From assembly GCA_951406725.2 (NCBI GenBank), contig OX597834.1, forward strand, positions 17,236,001-17,300,000: a stretch of 64,000 bases of DNA. Reading direction: 5' to 3'. Origin of the DNA: Octopus vulgaris (lineage: Eukaryota). Shown here piece after piece: positions 13,076 through 26,961 of the stretch; the first letter of the stretch is position 1, and each line of letters opens with the position of its first letter. A program made the translations under genes and the position numbers. The notes below the pieces were generated by a model. The model was not told the DNA's origin, made no database searches, and saw only the letters and a program-made list of their open reading frames with translations.

Positions 13076-14269
13076 ATTATTATTATTTATTTATTTATTT
13101 TCTATTATTACGATTTTTTAATTACTACTACTATTATTATTATTATTATTATCATCATCGTTTATTAGAAAGCTTGCATGATTATTGTTTAGATGAGGTT
13201 GCTATAGAAATTGTAGAATTTATTTTAGATAATAACTACCATTGCTGTTTCTCTAACTGCACATGTCTGTGCATGCTGCTGGCACCTTTCACATTAGGTG
13301 ATTGACATTGCTTTAATTTAATAGTTTGTTATTTTCAGTATGGAACACCCCCGCCTCCCAGCTACATTCATTATACAGTGTGTTTTAAGTAATACTATTG
13401 GATACTATTGTGTGTGTGTGTGTGTGAGAGGGGGAAAGAGGGTTTGTTTTTCTTTCATTTAGTGAGTTAAAGCAGGAAGGGAATCATCCAGACAGGTGGA
13501 ATCAGTGTGTTGTGGTTGAAATATGAAGGGGTAATGTTGGCTGACGGAAAATTCCAAATGGCTGCTGTTTTGGGAAGGAAGGCGTAGGTGGAAGTCTTGT
13601 AGCACAGCGGGGTTTGGATCTGGAAGTGTGTGACATTGTAGGGTTAACGAGTGCCAGAAAGACAGGTAGACCTTCAGTCAAGAATCTGAGAAAGAGAGAG
13701 AGAGAGTGTGAGTGAGTGAGTTTATGTGCTCACCTTTTCCTAGATAATGCTTTAGCACTTAAACCAACCATGTCCAGCTCAAATATTGTACCCGTTTTAT
13801 ATTAAAACTGGCCTGATCTGGCCTCTCACACCTATTTTACAATGTCTTTCTAAAAATTAAGGATCACATCATCAAAATCTTGAAGCTACAAAATAATGCA
13901 TAGTTAATTGTGTGTGTGTAATTATATTGATTTGATAAAGATTTATTATCTGTTTCTTTTAGATTTAAGCTTAACCAAATTTCACTCCATCCCCACCTCT
14001 CAACTCTTTGTGTTAAAAATTATTAAGTGAAAGAGAAATTGTTCTTAAATCCAAATAAATAAGCTTCAATATGAAACTTCGTTTTTGTTAAAACATTAAG
14101 CTCTCCATCTTTAATTACTCTTGTTCATGGGTTGACCAGTCTGTCACGTTTGGTGCATGACCTACTGGTGTGGGTGGTAGGCTGAATATCATGGCGTTGT
14201 GAGTTCAACTCATGGCCCGAATCAGCATGATGTGTCCTTGAGCAAGGCAATTCATTTTACATTTGCTCC

Positions 14270-14642
14270 ACTCAGAGCGCAAACCTCTGCCAATGCAACA
14301 CCAACATCCCCTCAACAATTAGCTGGAGATTATCTTTAAAATGAGAAAATCAGAAATAAACTTGCCTACTCTCACAAACGAGAATACTAATAATGAACCC
14401 AACCACTCTCAAAAATGAAATTAAAAAATTTTAAAAAAAACGGAAAAATAATCCAGAATCCTTGTCCGGTACTGGATCGATCCCAAAATCTAATCAGTTT
14501 GTGCCCAGTCACGAGGCCAAACATCCCTGAAAGGTTCATCTGAATTCATCCAGTGGTTTTTGAGATATCTTGTCCATGGAGAAACAAACAAACAAACATG
14601 ACTGAAAACAATACCTCTGCCTTCACTAAGGTGGAGGTAATT
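14270..14642. mobile_element. Helentron/DINE-like non-autonomous element
   Basis: acctctgcc occurs near both ends; terminal hairpin acctctgcctt-cact-aaggtggaggt is preceded by an (aaac)n microsatellite; body has a tttttgagatatcttg motif. Confidence 0.55.
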
Positions 14643-15479
14643 ATGGTCATTACATATAATTCGTTTATTAATGCAAATTTGGCTTACAGCTGTTTCCAGT
14701 AGTCGTTATAGGTGCATTACTGATAGTTTTACTCAAGTGGTCTATTGATCAATTGAGGTAAATTGAACAACCTAAGAAAATTAATGCTACTTTTGTCAGA
14801 GCCGTTGCTGGAAATAACAAGCAGAGCACTTGAGGAATGGCTGTTTGTGTGTGTTTGTGTGTGTGTAATGTCATGGTGGCATTTCAAAATAATTTATTGA
14901 TGTAAGTTGTGACAGTTTACATTTCATATTCATGTTGAATGAGAGAGCAACAGTTTAGTGCAGTTTGATGTGACTTCTATTTGTTGCCCTACACACATAT
15001 AATTGATACTCCAGTTGTTGCCTGGCAAAGATGACTTTACAGACACACTATATATATATATATATATATATATATTAATTAATATTTAGCTGAAACAACA
15101 GCAACAGAGTGACTCTGTTACTTCTGCTAAATAATATATATATATATATATATATCTTGAGGAGACCTATTGAGTCAAGTATGTTAACACCAACATCAAA
15201 ATGAAAATCAAATGGAAATTGTAGTTAAGATACTCATGTGGGTGACACATTAAAAGCACCGTCCGAACATGACAGGTGCCAGTGCCGCCTGACTGGCGTC
15301 CGTGTCGGTGACACGTAAAAGCACCAACCGATCATGGCTGTTTGCCAGCCTTCTCTGGCCCCTGTGCCAGTGGCACATAAAAAGCACCCACTACACTCAC
15401 GGAGTGGTTGGCGTTAGGAAAGGCATCCAGCTGTAGAAACACTGCCAGATCAGCATGGAAAACGGATGTTAAACGATGA

Positions 15480-15517
<38 letters not shown>

Positions 15518-16999
15518 TGGGATCTTTTTGTTCTTTTTAAGGTTTTTGTTGTCAATAGTTGTCTATTATTATTGTGTGGTTATTTCATAACCTTTAGTAC
15601 ACAACTGCTGCACGTAGTGATTCAAGATTGAAATAATTAGAAATTGACTTCAGTTTCAATATTATATTGTGGGGGTAGTGGGTAGGACCCTAATTCTCCA
15701 CTGAATTCCAGCCAGTTCTCTTACCAACTCCGGAGATACCTTTGTCCCCTGTTGGACCTAAATTTGTGGATTCTGAATGTAGATGAATGCAAGTGTAGTG
15801 AGGCCAGGGTTGTTATTGCAGGCCTTGATCAACCTTGACTGGACAGATCACAGGCATTCAACCGTGCCCACCCTCCACTTCTGTCCACACCCTCTTTTTT
15901 TGTTTTGGGATATTATAGGACTCGATTATCCTATATGTCCTTTCCTTTTTTAACCTTTTAGCATTTAAACTGGTCCCAAAGCTGTAATCCCAAAGCCTAG
16001 TGAGTGGATTTGGTAGATGGAAACTGAAAGAAGCATGTCATATATATGTGTGTGTGTCTGTTTGTCTCTGTCACTGCTTGACAAATGATGTTGGTGTGTT
16101 TACATCCCCATAACTTAGTGGTTCGGCAAAAGAGATTAATAGAATAAGTACCAGGCTTAAAAAATAAGTACTGGGGGCGAGTCCATTCCTCTAAAACTTC
16201 AAGGCAGTGCCCCAGCATGGCCACAGGCTAATGACTGAAGCAGGTAAAATAAGCATTACATTTGACAGGGGAATCTGAATGCTGAAGAGTTAAGTCAGTA
16301 GCAGAGTATTATTTAAGGGGTATTTGGTTGCTATTTCTAACAGGTCATGCAACCATTTAATGCTTCCCTCATTGATTCAGTCTTGTTCAACAAGTAGAAG
16401 GTTGGTTTGGGTAGAATCTTAAGTTCAAATTATTACCAAGCTCCACATTGCCTTATCTTCTTGGGGCTAAAGGAATCAAATCAAATAAATACTGATAGTG
16501 CTATGGAACTGATTCAATCAAATTAAGTCCTTTTCATGCAAAATTTTTTTTCTTTTGTGCTGAGTCAAAAGAAATCAATATTTACATCGTGCTAAAATTG
16601 ATTAGTGACCAAAACACAAAAATCTTGATTCTTATTTTGCTGTGGAGGAGGAAGAAGAGGTGGGGGACAGTTTATTTTATTTTGTTTCTTGTTTCATTTA
16701 TTTGCGTAATGTTTTTAGTAGGAGTATCAGTGTCTGCAGTCACTTTAATCTTGTCTAGACTGGATGCGATTAGTGAGATTAATGATTATTTTGACTCGTT
16801 ACTGATTAGGTTAGTTGGTAAAACTGGATGGGGAAAGGAAATCTAACAGAAAGTAGTTCAGAAGACAATGCAGATGTTTATTTGGGGATCTGAGAGAGAT
16901 GGAGAGGAGTGGTCGATGGCAAAGGAAACAACATACATCATGTGATGAGATCAAGTGATTGAAGTGGGGAAGGAGCAGAATTTTTAGGACCATGGCCTC

Positions 17000-17315
17000 T
17001 GTGCTGGTGGCACGTAAAAAGCACCATCCAATTGTGACCGTTGCCAGCCTCGTCTGGCCCCCGTGCCGGTGGCACGTAAAAAGCACCATCCGATCGTGGC
17101 CGTTTGCCAGCCTCGTCTGGCCCCCGTGCCGGTGGTACGTAAAAAGCACCCACTACACTCATGGAGTGGTTGGCGTTAGGAAGGGCATCCAACTGTAGAA
17201 ACACTGCCAGATCAGACTGGGACTAGCGCAGCCTTCTGGCTTCCCAGACCCCAGTTGAACCGTCCAACCCATGCTAGCATGGAAAACAGACGTTAAACGA
17301 TGATGATGATGATGA
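17000..17315 (+). mobile_element. SINE family with internal ~63-bp repeats and (GAT)n RTE-type tail
   Basis: Three gtggcacgtaaaaagcacc units, then ggttggcgttaggaagggcatcc...ccatgctagcatggaaa...(gat)n. Other copies at ~15230, 20160, 38090, 54212 (-) and 61575. Confidence 0.8.
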
Positions 17316-19066
17316 TGGGCTATCATAATAATTGCAGAAGAAACCAGATACAAGGCTTAATGGCACCTTGAGCAAGTGTCTACTGTAGCATTGCATTGGC
17401 CCAAGCCTTCTGAATGAAAATTGAATAAAGAGAAACTATGGAAGTCTAGCTGGAATACTTGGCTACATGCATTGTAACAGAGTAAGTAGTTCAGTTGATT
17501 GAGCAACGAGAACAATTATTGTTGAAACTGATGCGAGATCCTTCTGAATGAAAATTGAACTGACAGTAACTATGAAAGTCTTGTTTTCTCATGTTGGTTG
17601 ATGCTTATATCATAAGGGTACTTGAAGCTTATGTTATAAGTGTACTTGTCTTGAACACTCAGTCACATGTATTGTAATAGAGTAAGTAGTTCAACTGAAT
17701 GAACAACTTGAACAATTATTCTTGGAACTGATGTGGAGATCCATTAGGTGTGATTGTTAAGGAGGTTTGACTAACAGTTTTATAAAAGGTTGACATGCTA
17801 ATTTATGTAAGGGCTCACATGCCAGTTTATGCAAAGGATCAGTTCATATACTGGTTTATCATATAAGGCTCCACATACTTGCCTTTACAAAAGTTTGCAT
17901 GCTAGTTTCAAAAGTTTTTTAAAATTCTTTTTAACAGTTATATGAGACACTTTAATTATTGTTAAATATACCTTACAACATGAATTGCTTAATTTATGAT
18001 GAATTGAAGAAATCTCTTCTGCATATTTTAATTTAAGGTGTTTTTATCGAGTTAGGTCTGTGATGGATTGTTGGTTGTTTTTAATGTATGTCCTGATGTA
18101 ACATTATTGAATTAGCTTCAGTAACTGTTTCAGGCTTATTCTGTTCTTGTTTTCCACCTATATCTAATATAAATATTTATATAGTTAATTAATCTCTTCC
18201 TTAACTAGTTGATCTCTCTCTTTCTCTCTCTGGCTGACCGAAGCCTTGTGAATAGATTTGGTAGATGGAAACTAAAAGAAGCCCATCATATATATATATG
18301 TCTATATGTGTGTGTCTTTCTGTCCCCCCCCATCACCACTTGACAACCGGTGTCGGTGTGTTTACATCCCTATAACTTAGCAGCTTGGCAAAACAGACCA
18401 ACAGAATAAGTACTGGGGTCAATTTCTGCAACTAAAAAAAAAAATCCATTTAAGGTGGTGCCCCAGCATGGTTGGCAGCTAAATGACTGAAACAAGTAAA
18501 AGATAAAAAATATATATTGTAAGAAGTTGATATTAATTATCTCTTGGTCTTTCCAACTGTATCTAATACCAGTGTTTATATAATTAATCTCTTCTGTAAC
18601 TAGTTGCTATATATATATATATGTATGTATATTGTAATGAGTTGGTATAAATTATTATTTGTTCATATATATTGGTCTTCTACTTTATCCTTAGATAGGT
18701 ATACTAAGTATTTTTAGTAAATCTTGTGAAACTTTGTGACTAGAGGTGTTTATTCCAAATTTTAGCATCTCTTATTTATGGGTGGTATGTCTGTTGCTAT
18801 CTGTTAATCCTCCTTTCTAGTACCTCACCATAGCTAATCCTGTCAAATCTTTATCAATCCACACACCTTGTATTAATCGTGACTTGAATGCAGTTTTGTT
18901 GTCATAAATTTTTTTCTCCAGCTTAAACAAACTGAGATGATTAGAAGAACATAAGATTTATGATATAAATCCAAGTCACTTGAACTTCTCTGTTGTAGTG
19001 AGAGTAATTTCCAGCAGCTTTAGATGTATAAAATGGTTAACAAGGGAAGCACTGGTCCCTTAACAC

Positions 19067-19219
19067 CAGTGGTTCCCAACCCTTTTATTTAAATGAGTTT
19101 TCCCACAGACCCCTTTTAATATGCTTATCCTTATGAAATTTTGAATTTAGTTCATGGACCCCCCAGTACTATGTTTGAGGACCACCAGGGGTCTGCAGAC
19201 CCCAGGTTGGGAACCATAG
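19067..19219. mobile_element. hAT-type MITE
   Basis: CAGTGGTTCCCAACC...GGTTGGGAACCATAG; degenerate 8-bp TSD cttaacac/cattacac. Confidence 0.65.
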
Positions 19220-19285
19220 CATTACACCATTTTATTGGCAAAGACACTTAACTCTTGATAATCTCAGTCCAACCTACTGTAAATT

Positions 19286-19645
19286 GAGTGGCTGTGTGGT
19301 AAGTAGCTTGCTAACCAACCACACGGTTGCGGGTTCAGTCCCACTGCGTGGCATCTTGGGCAAGTGTCTTCTGCTATAGCCCCGGGCCGACCAATGCCTT
19401 GTGAGTGGATTTGGTAGACGGAAACTGAAAGAAGCCTGTCGTATATATGTATATATATGTATATGTGTGTGTGTTTGTGTGTCTGTTTGTCCCCCTAGCA
19501 TTGCTTGACAACCAATGCTGGTGTGTTTAGGTCCCCGTCACTTAGCGATTTGGCAAAAATTAGACCAATAGAATAAGTACTAAAAGGTGGTGCTCCAGCA
19601 TGGCCGCAGTCAAATGACTGAAACAAGTAAAAGAGTAAAAGAGAA
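19286..19645 (+). mobile_element. tRNA-derived SINE (family with ggagtggctgtgtggtaag head and (TA/TG)n centre)
   Basis: A box tggctgtgtgg, B box ggttcagtccc, tail ggtgctccagcatggccgcagtcaaatgactgaaac. The same family occurs at 25185-25533 (-), 40670-41043 (-), 41380-41746 (-), 49550-49935 (+) and 50860-51244 (+), plus many decayed copies. Confidence 0.85.
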
Positions 19646-22600
19646 AAAAAGAGAGTTCATTGCTGCTGACATAAGTGAGTTAAGAGTTGCTATATGAATG
19701 ACAATTGTTCCCTTACCTTATGTTGCTGACCTTTAATTTTCTTGAATGTGAAACCAGTTTGAATAAAATGCTCCTATCGAGAAAGGGAGAAATATTTGCA
19801 GCACCTTGTGTCATGGAAACTAAGATAATTAGATAAATAATGGTTGATAAAAGGAAGTAAAACAGTTACTTCTAGATAACTGAGGGTTCAAAGTATTTTC
19901 AAGTTTATCAGAGAATTGTCTATTTAAGTCATGAATGCACCTTTAAATTTGTAAAATTATTAATTGAATTTGAGAGAAGTACCTCTATATTTTTTTCCTG
20001 CCCATCATAAATCTTTTCCCCTCCTTCCTAATATATATATATATGTAATATTCAGTCCTACTATGTGGCACCTTGGGCACCTATCTTCTACTACAGTCCT
20101 GGGTTGACCAAAGCTTTGTGAGCAGATTTGGAGATTTGATAGACAGAAACTGAGTAAAGCTCATGCTGGTGGCATGTAAAAAGTACCATCTGAATATAGC
20201 TGATGTCAGTACCCACTGACTGGCCCACATGCCAGTGGCACGTAAAAAGCACTATTTGAATGTGATCAATGCCAGGCCTGCCTGACTGGCTCCTGTGCCG
20301 GTGACATGTAAAAAGCACCCATTACACCCTCAGTGTAGTTGGCGTTAGGAAGGGCATCCAGCTGTAGAAACATTGCCAGATCAGATTGGATCCTGGTGCA
20401 GCCACTGGCTCTCCAGACCTCAGTCAAACCATCCAACCCATGCCAGCATGGAAAACAGGCATTAAATGATGATGATGATTTACTCAGTGGCATGTTTATC
20501 TTTTGTACATCAGATACTTTATTACTGTGGTTAATAATTTTTCATGGATGAATTTGTTGGATAGGAACATTACTGAAGTTGGAAAGTATAAAATAGATCA
20601 CAGATCTGGTACCATGGACACATGGTTAGAATACAGCAGGAAGGAATCACTAGACAGATTATTTAAGCCAAGCCGACTTGGCAGGAGACCTAGGGGTAGA
20701 GCAAGAGCAAGATTGTTAGATAATATCCAAAGCTTCAGTTGGTCATGCTTGGGAATCGTGCCAAGAAAAACTCTTTGACTCTTCAACTTGTTTCAGCTTA
20801 AAAGCTGCAGTCATGCTGAGGCACCACCACTGTTGTGATGATTATTTTGTTTATATGACCTTTATAGAAGCAGTACCTGAGGACCCTATACTCTGTCGAC
20901 ATGATCCTCCCAGGATTAGTGGCTGACAAAGGTGGATGGATACAAACACGAGCTCAAAAATAAGATTTTATTTAATACAACGGCAGTAAATACAAATACA
21001 AAGAATTATTATGGCTGAGAGACTAAAAGTTCTATACCACAGATAAATATGTTCATGAAGTAACATTACTTCCATAATCTGTTTGGTGTAAGCTAGACAC
21101 TTTTGTTAATTTGTGGTTAAATAATTAATGCAAAGAAGAAGACATTGAGCTATAGGACTTCTGATCCAGAATGTCTTATACAAAATTTGTTATAAAAGCT
21201 TTGAAAAATATATTTTTCTAATGGAGATCATAAAAGCACAATTCTTTGAAATTTTGATGCTAAACATAACTGTTTCTACTTTTCCGCAAAATAAGTGTAC
21301 TTCATATCAGCTTTTTTTTTTACCTTTTCAAATTAGACCAGAATGAACATTTAATATTCTCTTAGTATATTGTTGACATGCTCCTGAAGCTGTATGTCTT
21401 CTCTTCACAATCACCTAGAGTGGAGGATAACTATCTATTAATTAATTGTTGTAGGGAGAAAGAAGAATAGCATTTTTATTGATTATAGAGTAATGAGATG
21501 ACACTTTTTTTTTTACTTTTAGGCTTTGTCCAAGTGAATGTTGTGTGTGTGTGTATCTTTGTAGTTGCAAGTGGTGTTATGATCAATGCAAAGAGTGCAC
21601 GATACTTGAAGCAGAATGGATATTTATTGTATCAGAATTAAATAAACTTCTCTACTTTTTTTTTATTATTTCAACTTTCTTGTCAGGCAGTAATCATCAG
21701 ATTGTACATACCTGAAATACTCTTGAATTGCTACACCGATCTGATGATTGCTCTGTCAGCCAGAAATATATATATATGAAATGTGCATTGTGATAATCTG
21801 GGTTTTAAATTTCTCGAGTAATATTAACAGTAATTTTTAAGAAGAACAAGAATGGCTGGACTCTCAAAGTGGTCAGCTTCTATGCAATTAAGCTTTGTTA
21901 TTCCTCTTGTGCTTCTGACCCCTATATTGACCAGCTGCTTCTCATGTATCTGTCCTAGAAATGAATGCTGCCCGTGACCCTAATCAGCTAAAAAATGACA
22001 ACAAATACAGTCAACTGTCCAGGACATCACCATCTATATTTGAAGGTAAGACTATGGATAATCTGCAGAAGGAGCAACACAAACAATGGAATAGGGGTGA
22101 AAAGAAACAAAGCAAAAATTTTATTGATATTTTCCTTGGCTTGAAGACTTATTTTTTTCCTATTATCTCACCCCTTTTCTTTCCAACTTCTTGCCTCTTT
22201 TTTTTTTTTTTAACTTTAAAATAAGCCTGTTTATACTCCTCTCCAACCTAATTTCATTTCTTAATCCCTGAGCAATTTCTGTTAAGTAAACCCTTTCTCA
22301 CTAGTTAGAGTGAAATGTGTTTGAAGATCCTTTGGCTCCTACTCAATAGTGGACAGTAGGTGATCTCCCCCCTCCTGACTGTCTTTCTAGTCCAACCATG
22401 TCAATTTATCAAAATAGATATTTGAAATGGCCACACTGCAATTGGAGTTGTCTGTTATTTGCTAATCTTATTTACAAATATTTTCTGTTATGTTCACAGA
22501 TATCAATAAACACACACAGACATACTCACTCTCTCTTAACAAAACATGACAGCTAGCAATTAATTTTGGGCTTGTGATTGTTAGGCCACATATTTGGTTC

Positions 22601-23382
22601 TTGGACCAGGTCATACATTATGTCCTTGAATAAAATACATTTCCTATTGTTCCATACTACTTAGATGAAAGGGAGTACCTGTTGGCAACTTGGGGCTGAC
22701 TTTACAAGAGAGAATCTTATCACTTTAACTCTTTCAGACGAATTTAGCTAAATAACAGTCATTATTAAAATAGTGTTTGGAATATAATTTCACATGAAAT
22801 TTTGATGGAAGGTTTCAACTTGTTTATCTTTTAAACAGAAAGTTTGAATCAATAGAAGCTGGGGTGGTTTGTTATTGCTTTGAAAACTAGTATAAGCTCT
22901 GGTTTGATGAGCTTGTGGGTTTTGAAATAGACGGGCATTTAACAACACTCATAGTATAAGATTAGAGACATATCTATCCACTATGCATTTTACATCCTTG
23001 TAATCCTACAGGGACTACCATAGTTATTTATTGTTGAGTTGTTTGGAGACTGCAACGTATTGTATTTCTGCTTCTGCTTCTTCATGAGATTTCACCCAAC
23101 ACAACTTCAAATGTTAAACAATATCTATACTTACAGGTGGGAGCAATGTTTTAAATAGTTCATCCTCTGTGTGCCTTCAGTGTATAGTTACTACACTTAC
23201 GTGCGTGCGTGTGTGTATGTTGCCGAGTGTATTCTCAATTGCATCATATGCATTTTCTGTTTGCTATACATGTTGCGTTTTGGTTGTAATATTTTAGCAC
23301 TTTATTCTTCACTATATTAATTATTTACTTACCAAAAAAATGGAATTCACCAATGCCATCTTCTGATCACTCACTCATCTAA

Positions 23383-23755
23383 ATGCATATATGTCATACA
23401 TATATATATAATTATATATGTGTATTATATATATATAATTATATATATTATATATGTGTATTATATATATATATGTGTATTATATATATATATATATGTG
23501 TGTATTATATATATATATATGTGTGTGTATTATATATATATTATATGTGTATTATATATATATATTATATATGTGTATTATATATATATATATTATATAT
23601 GTGTATTATATATATATATATTATATATGTGTATATATATATATATATATTATATATATATATATTATATATGTGTATTATATATATATATATTATATAT
23701 GTGTATTATATATATATATATTATATGTGTATTTTATAAATATTTATATATATAA
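23383..23755. repeat. TA-rich compound micro/minisatellite
   Basis: Repeats of gtgtattatatatatatatattatatat. Confidence 0.95.
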
Positions 23756-26700
23756 TTTGTTGTTTTTTTTTTTGCACAAACTTGCTACATATGCACTCAA
23801 ACTGCATCATATCTGGATTCTTTTGAACTATTTGCTTGTTAAGTTTTCTTCTAACAGTTCCCCTCCCCTTTAATTGCTACCATTTTCTTCTTCTTCTGGT
23901 GTTTCGTATATTTGCGTGTACCATTTTACATATCCATTTTCTTGATACTAACATTTGCTGGTATGGATTTTCTTTCTTTTTTTTTTTCTTCTTCTTCTTC
24001 TTCTTCTTCTTCTTTTCAATGAGAGTGTTGTTTTCACAGCTGGATGTCCTTGCTAACTTTGCTAAACCAGTCCAAGTATTTTTTTGTTTTTTTTTTTTGT
24101 CTTCTCACAGTCAGAGCAGAGTTATAGCCCTTGCTCAACACACCAACAGCACACACACTGGCTGGAAGAAAGGTTTGGATACACAACCATACAGTCGGTG
24201 GTCCAACACCTTGACTTCACAGCTATCTGGGAAGCTATAAAACATTGATGTTTTACAGTAAACATAAACATATATGAATCTTCCTCTCTCTCTGTCTCTT
24301 CCCCCATCCTTTTTAATTATTAATCTCTACTCTGGTGGTCTGAATTTTTTCAAGCTTATAGTAATTGCTTTTTTGTGCATGGATTTTTCTTGGTAAAATA
24401 AAGTTTTCTCTCTCTTTTTTTCTATTTTAATATATTTTGATGGTGAAATTTTGCCCTGGAAGTATTTTGATTGTTTTGTTTTCGCTGTTATAAATTAAAT
24501 AAATGTTATGATATTGTTTCTATTTATATTGATAAAGTAATATAATAGCTATAACGATGCTTGTTTAAATCCACTAATTCTTTTTAACTAATTAACTTCA
24601 ACATTTATATTCATATATATAATATGTATTTTGCTCAGTGAATGAACACTTCCAAATTGTTGATATTTATGTTATTATTGTTATTGATGTTGTTGTTGTT
24701 ATTATTATTAAGGTGGTGGGTACCAGTCATGTACTGGGGTTGATGCAATCAACCTATGCTTCTCATTCAAATTGGCAAGTTATGGTTATCTCCACAGATT
24801 TTCTATAGAAATTCATTGCCAGCCCTGATTTGTTATAACATTTCGTTTCTGAGTCTGCCTATGCAAAACAATGATGAGATTGAAGAGGACAGATGGGTAA
24901 TGGGTGTATATGCCATATTTTTCACTCCTTGATCAGCTCCCATCCAACCCATTAATCGTCCATGAACCCATTGTTTAAATATCTACCAGACAGAGCAGTG
25001 TAACATTATTGGATATACCAGTTTTGCATTATTAAACACATACCTGGCAGGTGGTACGTACATGTTACATGCTGTTAATATGTACATACAAGTGAGACTT
25101 GATCCAAAATCATGTGGATGGGAAGAAGTAAGCTTTCGTGTGTGTGTGTGTGTTCAAAAATTATCTTCCTGCATATCTTTTTTTTTTCGCTTGTTTCAGT
25201 CATTTGACTGTGGCCATGCTGGAGCACCGCCTTTAGTCAAGCAAATCGACCCCCAGGAGTCAACTTATTCTATTGGCCTCTTTTGCTGAACCGCTAAGTT
25301 ACGGGGACGTAAACACACCACCATCGGTTGTCAAACGATGTTGGGAGGACAAACATATACATACATATATACAACGGGCTTCTTTCAGTTTCCGTCTACC
25401 AAATCCACTCACAAGGCTTTGGTTGGCCCAAGGCTATAGTAGAAGACACTTACCCAAGGTGCCACACAGTGGAACTGAACCTGGAAAATTGTGGTTCGTA
25501 AGCCAGCTACTTACCACGCAGCCACTCCTACGCCTAATCTGAAAATTAGTTTTTTTTTTTTTTTCTGTCCCTTGGTTCTTCCTTGCTTTGCTTAGGTATC
25601 TTAGCTATTCAGTTAGTTTAATGGTACAGGCAGAGATAACTGGAGATGACTGCCATTCTGAGACACCCTTCCTAGACATCACAAGTTGTATCTAAAATTG
25701 ATACGAAGAGAAAAGTTGATGTGAACCTTCATAATTTTCTTCTCTCTATGCAAGTGGACGTGAGGTTTTCCTTGATTTTCATGAATAATTATTAACCTGC
25801 CTGCTGCCTATATTTTCACCATCACCCTCTCCCAGACAGTGTTCACAATGTTATGGTAGGCTTATCCCAATTTCTTTAAGGTGGGGTTATGTTTCTTTTT
25901 TGACTACCTCCCATCCATTTTGCTCACATGTTTGTGTATGTGATACTTTTGTTAACCATTTTTCTTAAAAATAGGAAAAAAAGCTCCTTTATCAGTGAGT
26001 GGGATGAAGTCGGGTGGTTTACATGTTGTCCCCAAGTGCGGAGCTGTTGTAAAAAGGGTAAAGACCCCCTTCAGTCATGAATGACCATAGGATTGCACCT
26101 AGAAAGTTACTCCTCTGAGGCACAAGTCCAGGCTAGGTTGTTTATGGAAGACCAGCAATCGCCCTTGCAAAACAGTCTCCCCTCTCCTCTTCACTCCACC
26201 AGTGTTATCCTGGGGAAAGGCAAAGGGGCTGATGCAGCTTGGCACCAGTGACATCGCAACTCATTTCTACAGCTGAATGAACAAGAGCGACATGAAATGA
26301 AGTGTTTTGCTCAAGAACACAACACACACAGATTGGTCCAGGAATTAAACTCACAACCTCATGATTGTAAGCCTGATGCTCTAACCACTGAGCCACTGTT
26401 GTTGCCATTTGTTTGATACCATAATCTTATACTGCATGCAGGAAAAAATTAAGAAAAAATCCTAGAAAATAAGTCAGTGTGCTCTTTCTTTTTCTACTAA
26501 ACATTCTAATGGGACTGTTGCTAAATTGCATAACTACATATGTAAAGAAGCTTTGGAGAACTGAGTAGGCCATCCAAATTGGGTCACTGATCATTTCTCT
26601 TACCAAATCTCCATAGCTTTTCAGAAACACATAGAAATCATGTCAACTCATTTCTCCACCACCACAACTCTAAACACGGGTCTTTGTGCCCTCCTCATAA

Positions 26701-26921
26701 AGAAACTTTCAGTGGTTTTTTATGCATTTGTATAAACCCTGTGAAGGTGTGTGGCCTAGTGGTTAGGATGTTGCACTTGAGATTGCTAGATTGTAGGTTC
26801 AATTCCAAGACTGAGCAGCATGTTGTGTTCTCAAGCAAAGCACTTCATCTCACATTGCTTTAGTGCTGTGTGAAGGCTGTTCTGTCAACGAATAGACCCA
26901 GCGATGGGTTTATTCTTTGAC

Positions 26922-26961
<40 letters not shown>

